A stretch of 34,584 bases of DNA, taken from positions 1 through 34,584 of the forward strand of contig JBJSXO010000355.1 in the NCBI GenBank assembly GCA_046086425.1, given 5' to 3'. Shown here piece after piece: positions 18,062 to 26,900 of the stretch. The translations under genes were made by a program, and so were the position numbers. Position 1 is the stretch's first letter. Each line of letters opens with the position of its first letter. Source of the stretch: Actinomycetota bacterium (lineage in GTDB: Bacteria > Actinomycetota > Acidimicrobiia > IMCC26256 > PALSA-555). The notes beneath the pieces are model-generated. The model saw nothing but the letters and a program-made list of their open reading frames with translations. It was not told the origin of the DNA and did not search any database.

Positions 18062-20615
18062 CCCGACCACCCGCGCCCGCTCGGCGCAGGCACTCGTCGA
18101 GCCGGGCCGCGAGCACGTGCACGTGGGGCTCACCGATCATCGAGTCGTGGTCGCCCGGCACCTCGATGCACTCGATCCCCGCGGTCGCCACCCGGGCCCA
18201 CCCCAGGTCGGCCGATCCGGCCGTGCGGCGGACGGGCTCGGCGGAGAACACCGTCACCAGCGCAGGTGCGGGCCCGGGGGTGAACCCCCGCTCACGGGCG
18301 AACGCGGCCGCCCAGTCCAGGACCGCTCCGGTCCCGGGGAGGTGCTCGACCGGCCGGGGCGGGTTCCGCCCGAAGAGCTGGCGGACCCGCCACGCCACGA
18401 TGCTCGGGCCCCGGCGACTGCACAGCTTGCGCACCCGGTACCAGAGGGAGTGCCGCTGCGCCCACCGCGCCCGCACCAGATCGGGGTGGATGGCGTCGGC
18501 GATGCCGACGAACTCGACCGCGTGACCCTCGGCGGCGAGCCGGCACGCCGTCTCGTACGCCACCATCGCACCGAGCGAGTGCCCGAACAGGCGGTACGGA
18601 CCGTCGGGGGTCACCTCCCGCACCAGACGCGCGCAGGTCGTGGCGATCTCCTCGATCGAGCCGGCTGCGTCCGCGGGCCCGTGCATCGACGGCATCCACA
18701 CCCCGAAGACCGGCTGGTCCCGGCCCAGGGTCGCCGCGAGGTGGCGGAGCGTCACCACCGAGCCGGCCCGCATCACGCAGAAGAGCGGCGGCCGGGTTCC
18801 GTCGGGCTGCACCGGGACCACGAACGACGCCGACGGGTCCGCCGGCTCGGCCCGCAGCAGCGCCGCCATCCGGCGCACGGTCGCGCCGTCGAAGAACACG
18901 GTGGCCGGCAGCGGCCGGCCGAACGCCCGCTCGAGGTCGAGGAGCAGCTCGGTCGCGTGGAGCGAGTCACCCCCGAGATCGAAGAAGTCGGCGTCGATGC
19001 TCGGGAGCTCGTCGTCACCGAGCACCCGCTGCCAGATCGCGGCGATCTCCCGCTCGAGGTCGTCGGCGGGGGCGGCGCCCGGAGCCGCGCGCGTCGACGC
19101 GGTGAACCCGAGCCGGTCGGCGAGACCCGTCCGGTCGAGCTTGCCGGTCGCGCCCCGCGGGATCTCGTCGACGGCGACCACGCGTCGCGGCACCTTGTAG
19201 GGCGCGAGCCGCTCGGCCGCGTACCGGCGCAGCTGCGGTGCGGTGACGGTGGCGTTCGCCTCCAGTACGACCGCTGCGCCGACCTCCTCCCCCAACCGCG
19301 GATGGGGCACCGCGAACGCCACTGCGTGCTTCACCTGGGGATGGGTCAGCAGCACGTCGTCGATCGCGCGCGGGGCCACCTTCTCGCCGCCTCGGTTGAT
19401 GATCTCCTTGAGGCGACCGGTGAGCGTGACGACGCCGTCGGCGTCGACGAGCCCCTGGTCGCCAGTCCGGAACCAGCCGTCCTGGAACGCCGCCGCCGTG
19501 GCCTCGGGCGCGTCGAGGTACTGCGTCGCGACCGACGGCCCCCGGATCGCCAACTCCCCGACCGCACCCGGGGTGAGAACGCGCCCGTCCTCACCGAGGG
19601 CCACGACCTCGCAGCCGACCGCGCGGCCCACCGACCCTGGCGTGCGCACACCGGGTGGGCGGGCGTTGCTCGCGATCTGGTGCGCGGCCTCGGTCATCCC
19701 GTAGGCCTCGATCACCGGCACCCCGAGCACCCGCTCGAGCTCCTCCATCAGTCTCGCGGGCAACGGGGCCGACGAGGAGCGGACGAAGGTGAGCGACGAC
19801 CGGATCGGTCGATCCGCGGTTGCGCGCGGACGGCTGACGTCGAGCATCGCCTGGTGGATGGTGGGCACCGCGGTGTACCAGGTCGGTGACATCGTGTCGA
19901 TCCACTCCCACACCGACGCCGCGTCGAATCCCGGTGCGCAGATCACGCTGCCGCCCTGGCTCAGCGGCGCGAGCAGTCCGGCCACGAGGCCGTGGATATG
20001 GAACAGCGGCATTACGTCGAGACACCGGTCCCGGGGCGTGAGCCCGAGTGCGGCGGCCACGTTGGCGGCCGAGGCCACGAGCGCGTCCTCGCACAACGGT
20101 ACGAGCTTCGGGCGGCTCGTGGTCCCCGAGGTGAAGAGCAGGAGCGCAGCGTCACCCCGGTCACGCGATGGCGCAGGGGCCGGCGCGTCGTCGGGCACGA
20201 CCAGGTCGAAGGCCCCGGCCCCCGCACCGGGAACCAGCTCGAGCACCGGGATGCGCAGCGCCGTCGCCGCGTCGCGAGCGGCCGTGTCGTGACCCTGCTG
20301 GACGATCACGGCGCGCGCCCCCAGGGCCTCGAGATCACGCGCGTGCTCCGCCTGGGGTCGGTCGGTCGCGAGGGGGGCGCACACTGCAGCCGCCGTCACG
20401 CCGAGGAACGCCACCGCGAGGTCGGCCCCGTTGGGCAGGGCCAGCGCAACCGGCGCGTCGGGCCCCAGACCGGCGGCGCCGAGGCGGTCCCCCACCCCCA
20501 CCACCTGATCGAACAGCTCGCGGTGCGTCGCGTCGCGACGTCCCGGCGCCAGGAGCGCAGGTTGGTCACCGGACGACGTCGCGCCGGCGCGCAGCAACTC
20601 GAGGAGCGACGCCAT
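17967..20615 (-). CDS. NRPS-like A-T-TE enzyme (acyl-CoA-ligase-type adenylation domain + carrier protein + thioesterase)
   Basis: A domain: FTSGTTSRPK, MPLFHIHG, EAYGMTE, FRTGD, GRLKEIINRGGEK, PRGATGKL. Carrier: FFDLGGDSL. TE: FGHSLG and VPGDHDSM. ATG 20615; 882 aa. Confidence 0.9.
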   Translation of the reverse strand: MASLLELLRAGATSSGDQPALLAPGRRDATHRELFDQVVGVGDRLGAAGLGPDAPVALALPNGADLAVAFLGVTAAAVCAPLATDRPQAEHARDLEALGARAVIVQQGHDTAARDAATALRIPVLELVPGAGAGAFDLVVPDDAPAPAPSRDRGDAALLLFTSGTTSRPKLVPLCEDALVASAANVAAALGLTPRDRCLDVMPLFHIHGLVAGLLAPLSQGGSVICAPGFDAASVWEWIDTMSPTWYTAVPTIHQAMLDVSRPRATADRPIRSSLTFVRSSSAPLPARLMEELERVLGVPVIEAYGMTEAAHQIASNARPPGVRTPGSVGRAVGCEVVALGEDGRVLTPGAVGELAIRGPSVATQYLDAPEATAAAFQDGWFRTGDQGLVDADGVVTLTGRLKEIINRGGEKVAPRAIDDVLLTHPQVKHAVAFAVPHPRLGEEVGAAVVLEANATVTAPQLRRYAAERLAPYKVPRRVVAVDEIPRGATGKLDRTGLADRLGFTASTRAAPGAAPADDLEREIAAIWQRVLGDDELPSIDADFFDLGGDSLHATELLLDLERAFGRPLPATVFFDGATVRRMAALLRAEPADPSASFVVPVQPDGTRPPLFCVMRAGSVVTLRHLAATLGRDQPVFGVWMPSMHGPADAAGSIEEIATTCARLVREVTPDGPYRLFGHSLGAMVAYETACRLAAEGHAVEFVGIADAIHPDLVRARWAQRHSLWYRVRKLCSRRGPSIVAWRVRQLFGRNPPRPVEHLPGTGAVLDWAAAFARERGFTPGPAPALVTVFSAEPVRRTAGSADLGWARVATAGIECIEVPGDHDSMIGEPHVHVLAARLDECLRRAGAGGRVSPGGSPLPAPADGPTRRRRPDRATRRARRP

Positions 20616-20625
20616 CGGGAGGAGT

Positions 20626-21606
20626 CTACGAACGGGTCCGGAGACGGCGGCGCAGATCCTCGAGCCGCCCGGTCGCGTCCCCCACTGCTGCGGCCGGGTC
20701 GGCGCCGTGGCGCAAGCGCCACGCCGGGAGCCGGGCCAGCGCGCCGCATACGCCGAACAGGTCGGGACGGACATCGGCGTCCACGAGCGCGAGGCTGGCC
20801 CCGAGCAGCTCGCGCATCACGTCGGGACCGGGCAGCGGGGTGACCCCCGGGCCGTCGGCCGAGCCACCCGAGGTGACGGCGACCGCGACCACCGGGCGCT
20901 CCCCGGAGGCGAGCGTCCCGGGCGGGAGCTCGACGCGCTGGCGCAGGTCCTCGGGCACGCCCCGGCCCCCGGCGATCGACCCGGCGACCACGTCGGCTGC
21001 GACCGCCACGGGTCGGGGTACGCCGCGCGCGAGCACGCGGTCGTCCCGACGCTCGAGCAGCACCGCGTCGTCGGCGAGCACGGGCCAGCCGAGCAGGTGC
21101 GCAGCGTACGCAAGTGTCGACTTCCCCGTCCCCGTGCCGCCCACCACGAGCAGCACTGCGTCGTCGACGACCAGCGCCGCACCGTGGAGCAGGTGGCGCC
21201 CCCGCCGGGCGAGCACGTGGGTGAGGCAGACCAGCGCGACGAACCGGAACTCCCGAGCGAGGCCGGGCGCGTCACCCCCCACCACGATGGCGTGCGGCGT
21301 GCACCGCGCGGTGAGCCCGGCGGAGCTGCGGACCGCGAGCTCCCCCGGGCCCGTCCACCAGAGGTCGACGTAGTCGAGGGCACGATCGGGGTCACGGTCC
21401 GGCACCGCAACCGCCGCCGCGTCGAAGCGAAGGTGGCACGCCGGCGCGCCGGCCACAGTGGCTGCGTGACGGAAGAGCGACGCCCCCGCGTCGGCCCGCA
21501 CCCCGTCGGCGGCACCGAGCCCGACGGGGACACCGCCGACCTCCACCACGGTGCCGGCGCGTACGTCGGCCGCGTCGACCTCCGCGACGGAGGGCGGTCC
21601 GCTCAC
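20626..21606 (-). CDS. HPr kinase-like P-loop kinase (RiPP/lasso-cluster type)
   Basis: LLHGAAL...VGGTGTGKSTLA...VLADDAVLL. GTG 21606 overlaps the upstream stop (GTGA); 326 aa. Confidence 0.85.
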   Translation of the reverse strand: MSGPPSVAEVDAADVRAGTVVEVGGVPVGLGAADGVRADAGASLFRHAATVAGAPACHLRFDAAAVAVPDRDPDRALDYVDLWWTGPGELAVRSSAGLTARCTPHAIVVGGDAPGLAREFRFVALVCLTHVLARRGRHLLHGAALVVDDAVLLVVGGTGTGKSTLAYAAHLLGWPVLADDAVLLERRDDRVLARGVPRPVAVAADVVAGSIAGGRGVPEDLRQRVELPPGTLASGERPVVAVAVTSGGSADGPGVTPLPGPDVMRELLGASLALVDADVRPDLFGVCGALARLPAWRLRHGADPAAAVGDATGRLEDLRRRLRTRS

Positions 21607-23159
21607 CGGCGCGCCCCCGCACCGAGACGCCGGGCCAGCCGGACGGCCCCGGCCACGGTCGTCCGGGGAACCCGCTGCACCGCCCCGGCGGCGGGACCCC
21701 AGCGCACATACGGTCGCGACGGGGAGACGGCCGTCACCCGGCCGATGAGCGCCGACGGCGCGACCGGCGGGTCGGCGCGCACGCAGGTATCCCCCTGGAA
21801 CCGGTGCCGGGCGCCTACCGCGCCCCGGTGCCGGTGCACCACGATCTCTCCCTGCGGGCCGCAGAACGCCCACACTTCTCCGCGCGCCGGTCCGGTCGCC
21901 CGGGCCTCGATCCGCACGCGGGTGCCGCTCGGGAGCGACCAGCCCATCGACCGGCCTGACACGTCCAGCCACAGCGGCTCCTGCTCGGCCCGGGTCCGGA
22001 GGAGTCGCGCGGTGGCGTCGGCGTCGCAGTGCGGCGCGGGCCTCGGGTCGCCGGTGATCCGTGCCCGCAACGCAGCACGCCGCCGGTGCATCGTGCGGAC
22101 CCTCCCGCGCAGCAGGCGCACCGGATAGGGCCCGGGCAGGTCGGCGTACCAGACCGCGACCGCGGCCGGCGGCGGGACCGGGACTCGCCTGGTGGCGCCG
22201 ATCGCGTCGCGGAGCCGACCCCGCACGAGGAAGGGCAGCGCCTCCTGGCGGCGCGAGCGGGCCGTGCCCGCACTACCGAGCAGGGTCACGCGCTCGGGCC
22301 AGACGGCTCGCCACACCCGCGCGCGTGGCCCCGAGGGGACCGGTCCCGCGGGTCCGCTGAGACCGAGCGCGGCGGTGACCCGTGCCCGCGCGCCGGCCAC
22401 GATGATGTCGAGCCCCTCGGCGCGCGTGTAGCGATCGACGAACCCCCAGTCGATCTCCTCGCGCGCGAGGACGCGCGCGACGTCGGCGTAGCCGAGGAGC
22501 GCGGGGAAGCTGTCCTTGTTCATGTGCACGAGGAAGTGGACGAGCGCAACCTCGGGGTCGAGCACCCGCACCGAGGACCCATCCGGCAACTCGTGCCCAC
22601 GGGTCCGCTCCCACACCAGGTCGGGCCGACGCGCCGGGAACCCGAGCTTGTAGAGGTCGAGGTGGAGGTCGACCGGCACCCCGTCGACCCGTGCGCCCAC
22701 GGACTGCAGCACGTTGACGCGGGCCAGGGCACCGGCGTCGGTCCCGAGCGGATGGCCCGGTGCGAGCACGGCGAGGATCTCGTCGAGGCGGCGGGCCGCG
22801 CCCGGCTCGAGCAGGACGTCGACGTCGGTGCACGGCCGTTCCCCCCTGCGCCGGTACCACCGGGCCTCGGCGGTGACCCCCTTGATCGCAGCGACCTCGA
22901 CCCCGATCGCCGCAAGGTCGTCGCGCACCCGCACCAGGGCCGCCTCGAGCCGGCCGTGGCGGTGGCGGACCGCGGCGTCGAGGCCTGCGAGCCGCACGCG
23001 CGCGGGGGCGTCGGGCGCGTGCTCGCGCACCCAGCTCCACAGCAGGCCCGTCATCCCGTGGCCGTTCGCGGCGTCGACGAGGCCGTCGTCGCCGTGCGGG
23101 AACACGCCGGGCGCGCGACCGGCCGCCAGATCCAGGAGCGCCGGATGGGGTCGGGTCAC
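21603..23159 (-). CDS. Nucleotidyltransferase (NTP_transf_5-like) fused to a C-terminal S24/S26 signal-peptidase-like domain
   Basis: N-terminal part: AIKGV...R.CTDVDVLL, VDLH, PEVALVHFLVH. C-terminal part (~22020-21603): VSGRSMGW...GEVWAF...VVHR...FQGD...DPPV...LIGRV. Confidence 0.82.
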   Translation of the reverse strand: MTRPHPALLDLAAGRAPGVFPHGDDGLVDAANGHGMTGLLWSWVREHAPDAPARVRLAGLDAAVRHRHGRLEAALVRVRDDLAAIGVEVAAIKGVTAEARWYRRRGERPCTDVDVLLEPGAARRLDEILAVLAPGHPLGTDAGALARVNVLQSVGARVDGVPVDLHLDLYKLGFPARRPDLVWERTRGHELPDGSSVRVLDPEVALVHFLVHMNKDSFPALLGYADVARVLAREEIDWGFVDRYTRAEGLDIIVAGARARVTAALGLSGPAGPVPSGPRARVWRAVWPERVTLLGSAGTARSRRQEALPFLVRGRLRDAIGATRRVPVPPPAAVAVWYADLPGPYPVRLLRGRVRTMHRRRAALRARITGDPRPAPHCDADATARLLRTRAEQEPLWLDVSGRSMGWSLPSGTRVRIEARATGPARGEVWAFCGPQGEIVVHRHRGAVGARHRFQGDTCVRADPPVAPSALIGRVTAVSPSRPYVRWGPAAGAVQRVPRTTVAGAVRLARRLGAGARR

Positions 23160-23180
23160 GGCGGGGATGGGCGCCCGGGC

Positions 23181-23459
23181 TCAGCCGGCGATGCCGTCGC
23201 CCGGCACGACGAGCCCCGCGGCCTCGACCTCGTCGAGGAACGCGGCGATGTCCCGGGCCACGGTCTCGACGGGGACGTCGTCGAACCGGTCGGCGAGATC
23301 CGCCGCCAGCTCCGCTGGCCCCCGCTGCCCGTCGAGGGCCAGCCAGACCAGGGTGCCGACCTCGTTCAGGGTGAGCAGCTCCTCGCCCCGGGGGTCGACG
23401 AGCACCGCCTGACCGTCGACGACCTCGGAGACGACTCGGGGCGACCGCTGCCACGCCAT
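23181..23459 (-). CDS. PqqD-family RiPP recognition element (RRE)
   Basis: 92 aa: VVDGQAVLVD...LLTLNEVGTLVWLALDG...LADRFDDVPVETVARDIAAFLDEVEAAGLV, the characteristic stand-alone PqqD pattern. Confidence 0.92.
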   Translation of the reverse strand: MAWQRSPRVVSEVVDGQAVLVDPRGEELLTLNEVGTLVWLALDGQRGPAELAADLADRFDDVPVETVARDIAAFLDEVEAAGLVVPGDGIAG

Positions 23460-23465
23460 CGGGTC

Positions 23466-23471
23466 AGGTTA
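23466..23471 (-). promoter_or_regulatory. Putative -10 box (TAACCT) of a leaderless pqqD-operon transcript
   Basis: TANNNT hexamer 6 nt upstream of ATG 23459, with no SD. Confidence 0.55.
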
Positions 23472-23526
23472 GGCCCCGGGATGCGGGCCCCGGGACGAGA
23501 ACCGCCGGTCCGGTGCCGCCCGGACC

Positions 23527-23607
23527 TATCATTCGGGGCCGGCGTCGAGGACCCCGAAGCGCCGGGGACCGTCGAAGACCATCACCACCCACGAAGACGA
23601 CTGGGAG
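23527..23607 (+). promoter_or_regulatory. Putative -10 (TATCAT, 23527-23532) and SD (GGGAG, 23603-23607) for the small peptide gene
   Basis: AT-rich hexamer in otherwise very GC-rich DNA; GGGAG lies 5 nt before ATG 23613. Confidence 0.5.
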
Positions 23608-23612
23608 CAGCA

Positions 23613-23699
23613 ATGCGCTACGAGCCACCGACCATCGTGCGCCGGGACCGGCTCGCCGGCCTTCTCATCGCCAAGAGCGACATCCCCGCCCCCACCTGA
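23613..23699 (+). CDS. Putative RiPP precursor peptide, 28 aa: MRYEPPTIVRRDRLAGLLIAKSDIPAPT
   Basis: SD-preceded ATG, an N-terminal YxxP(xI) RRE-binding motif, and a position divergent from the PqqD gene. The ORF track shows it only as the tail of shadow ORF 22029..23699. Confidence 0.75.
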   Translation: MRYEPPTIVRRDRLAGLLIAKSDIPAPT

Positions 23700-23729
23700 G
23701 CTCGATCATCTGAGCTCGATCATCTGAGC
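23696..23729 (+). repeat. Tandem repeat of CTGAGCTCGATCAT (14 bp x 2.4)
   Basis: Exact copies at 23696-23709 and 23710-23723, plus CTGAGC at 23724-23729; overlaps the precursor stop codon. Confidence 0.9.
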
Positions 23730-23947
23730 CCGGACACCCGAGCCCGGGCGCACGCGTCGGGAGCGCCGCACCCGTCCGGGCGACCCGCATCGGCTAGCCT
23801 GTGGGCGAGTCCACCACGGGTGGGCCGGGTCCCGGGCCGTGGCGCTTCGTCGCCTCCGGCCGGCCGGCGTGAGCCGGCGCTCCATCTGGGGCCGACTCCG
23901 AGGACTGCGGTCCTCCAGACCCGCTCAGGCGGAAGATCGATGCACCG

Positions 23948-26900
23948 ATGACGACATCGCCCGCGCCGACCGTGCCGGCGTGGCAATTCGAGCTCGCGGT
24001 GGAGGACGATGCCGACGGCAACGCCTCGCCCGAGCAGCACTCCCTCCTCGAGGCCGACCGGCCCCGCTGGCAGGCGACCCTCAACACGTTGCTGCGGGCC
24101 GCCGAGCAGCACCTCGCCGCCGCCCGCCGACTCCAGGGCCCCGAGCGAAGCCAGGTCCTCGCCGATGCCGAGGCCGACCGCCAGCGCCTCCTCCTCGCGT
24201 GGTCCCGGCTGACCGGCATCGAGATCGAGGTCACGGCCCCCCGCGCCGGCGCGTCGGGCCCGGCCGAGCGCGAACCCGACGCCGACAGCCTCGCGCCCGC
24301 CGTCGTCGCGCTCCAGGTCTCGTGGGAGCCGGGACGGGTGGTCGCCTGGGCCGGCGGCCCCCGCTGCGAGCCGGGCGCGGCCGCCGCGGTTCTCGCGATG
24401 CTCGCGGAGGCCGAAGCCCCCGAGGCGCCGTGGACCCCCCACGCAGGCGTGACGCTCCCCGACGGCGGGCGCGCCGAGGCGTTCAGCGCGCCCGTGGGTG
24501 AGGTGCTCGGCTGGCTGGTGGCCGCCGGCGCCGGCCAGGTCGACGCCGAGGTCGGGGCCAGCGTCCGGTGGCTCGGCCGGGTCGCGATCTGGGCGGTCGA
24601 GCTCACCGCCCGCGGCGCCATGGTGCCGCTCCTCCGCCAGCGGCGGAAACGCAACGGGAGCAGCCGCAGCACCTCCGCGTCGTACTCCGTGCGCTGGACG
24701 CCGGCGCTCGTCGACGCCGACCGACTGGCCGACGTGGTCGCCGCGATGCCCGGCAGCGTGCGCGCCCTCGACACCCGCGTCGACGCCCGCGCGCTGACCC
24801 GCTCGGCCCTCACCGGGATGGTCGACGCCATCTGCCGGGACAGCGCGCGTCGCATCGAGGTGCCCGCACCCCCGCCCGTGGTGCGCTCGGCCACCGACGT
24901 CACCGAAGCCTTCCTCGCCCGCCTCGACGGCAGCGCGTTCGACGCACCGATGCGGGTCGCCGACGACCTCGTCACCAAGGCCGAGCGTTGGGCGCGCGGC
25001 GTGACGCGTGAGCAGCGTCCCCTGCTCGTCCGGCTCGAGGCCCCGCCCGCCGGTGACCCGGCCTGGGACCTCGCCGTGTTCGCCCCGAGCCCCGACGGCA
25101 CCCTCGTCCCGATCGAGCGGGCCATCGTCGACGCGCGCAGCGAGCGTGCGGAGCTCGAGGACGAGATCGGGCGCATCGAGCGCATGGTCCCGGCGCTCGC
25201 CCGCCCGAGCACACGCCGCGGGCACACCGTCGTCGACCAGGCGGAGGCGTGGGAGCTGATGGTCGACATCGGGCCGCGTCTGGCGGCCGCGGGGTTCGCC
25301 GTGCAGGTCCCGGCGCTCAGCCTGCGCCGGCCCGCGCCGTCGCTGCGGGTGTTCGCCGAGCAGACCGAGACCGCGGTCGGCGCGAGCCAGCTCGCCGACG
25401 TCCGGTGGTCGGCAGTGTTCGACGACGTCGAGCTCACCGCCGCCGACATCGCCCGGCTCGCCCGGGAGGCCCGGCCGCTGATCCACTCGCGTGGCCGCTG
25501 GGTCGCGCTCGACAAGGCCGACCTCGACGCCGCGGCCGCGGCCCTCGCGGAGCGGGCCCAGACCACCCAGCTCTCCGGGGCCGACATGCTGCGCCTCGCG
25601 CTCGGCCTCGACGGATCGCCGCTGGCCGGCGGCATCACGGTGGCGGGCGGCGGCTGGGCGGCGGAGCTGCTCGCGGCGGCGGCCGCGGTGGACGGCACCC
25701 CTGCGACCGAGCCCGACGGCTTCGTCGGGGAGCTGCGCACCTACCAGGCCGACGCGCTGGCGTGGCTGGGCTTCCTCGAGTCGGCCGGCATCGGCGGCTG
25801 CCTCGCGCTCGACATGGGGCTCGGCAAGACCCCCACGATGCTCGCGCACCTCACCGAGGCCGCCGACCGGGGGCCGGCCCTGGTGATCGCGCCTCCTGCG
25901 GTCGTCGGCAACTGGGCGTCCGAGGCCCACCAGTTCGTCCCCGGCCTGCGGGTCAAGGTCCACCACGGGGCCAACCGGGCCGACGCCGACGAGATCGCCG
26001 CCGAGGTGGCGGGCGCCGACGTCCTCCTCACCACCTACGGCACCGCGGTGCGCGACATCGAGGCCATCGAGAAGGTGGACTGGGCGACGCTCGTGCTCGA
26101 CGAGGCCCAGGCGATCAAGAACGTCGCCAGCGACACCGCCCAGCAGCTCCGGCGGATCCCGGCCCGCGTGCGCGTCGCGCTCACCGGCACGCCCATCGAG
26201 AACGGCCTCGGTGATCTCTGGGCCATCCTCGACTTCACCAATCCGGGGCTCGTCGGCCCCCGGCCCCAGTTCGTCGCCAGCCTGTCGGGCGACGAGTCGT
26301 CCAAGGCCCAGTCCGCGGAGCACGCGCTCCGCGCGCTCAACGGCATCCTGGTCTTCCGGCGGACCAAGGCCGAGCCGGCGATCGCGGCCGAGCTGCCCGA
26401 CCGCATCGACGAGCTCGACCACTGCTCGATGACACCGGAGCAGATCGGCCTCTACCAGGCCGTGCTCGACAAGCTCGTGCTCACCACCGATCTTCCCGAC
26501 GGCGAGGAGCCCCGCAAGGGCCAGATCCTCGCCGCGATCACCGCGCTCAAGCAGATCTGCAACCATCCGGCGGCGTACCAGGATGACGACGGGCCGCTCG
26601 GGGGCCGGTCCGGAAAGCTCGCGCGCCTCGAGGAGATCGTGGACATCGTCTACGCGGCGGGCGAGCGCGTCCTGATCTTCACGCACTTCGCCGAGTGGGG
26701 CATGAAGCTCGCCACCCATCTCACCGAGCACACCGGCACGCCGGTGGAGTGCTACCACGGCGGCCTCTCCCGGACCGCGCGCGACAAGATCATCGAGGAC
26801 TTCCAAAACGGTGAAGGCCCGGGCGCGCTGGTGCTGTCGCTGAAGGCCGGCGGGACGGGCCTGAACCTCACCGCCGCGAACCACGTCGTGCTCTACGACC

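Noticed and set aside
23181-23459. PQQ or mycofactocin biosynthesis
   Set aside because: No pqqB/C/E or mftC radical SAM in the window, and the peptide lacks ExxxY and IDGxCGVY motifs.
22029-23612. Upstream part of the 556-aa ORF 22029..23699
   Set aside because: Antisense to the NTase and PqqD genes; only the final SD-preceded 28 codons look real.
20626-23699. Canonical lasso peptide cluster
   Set aside because: No lasso cyclase or B2 protease in the window, and the peptide lacks Thr(-2) and a ring-forming core.
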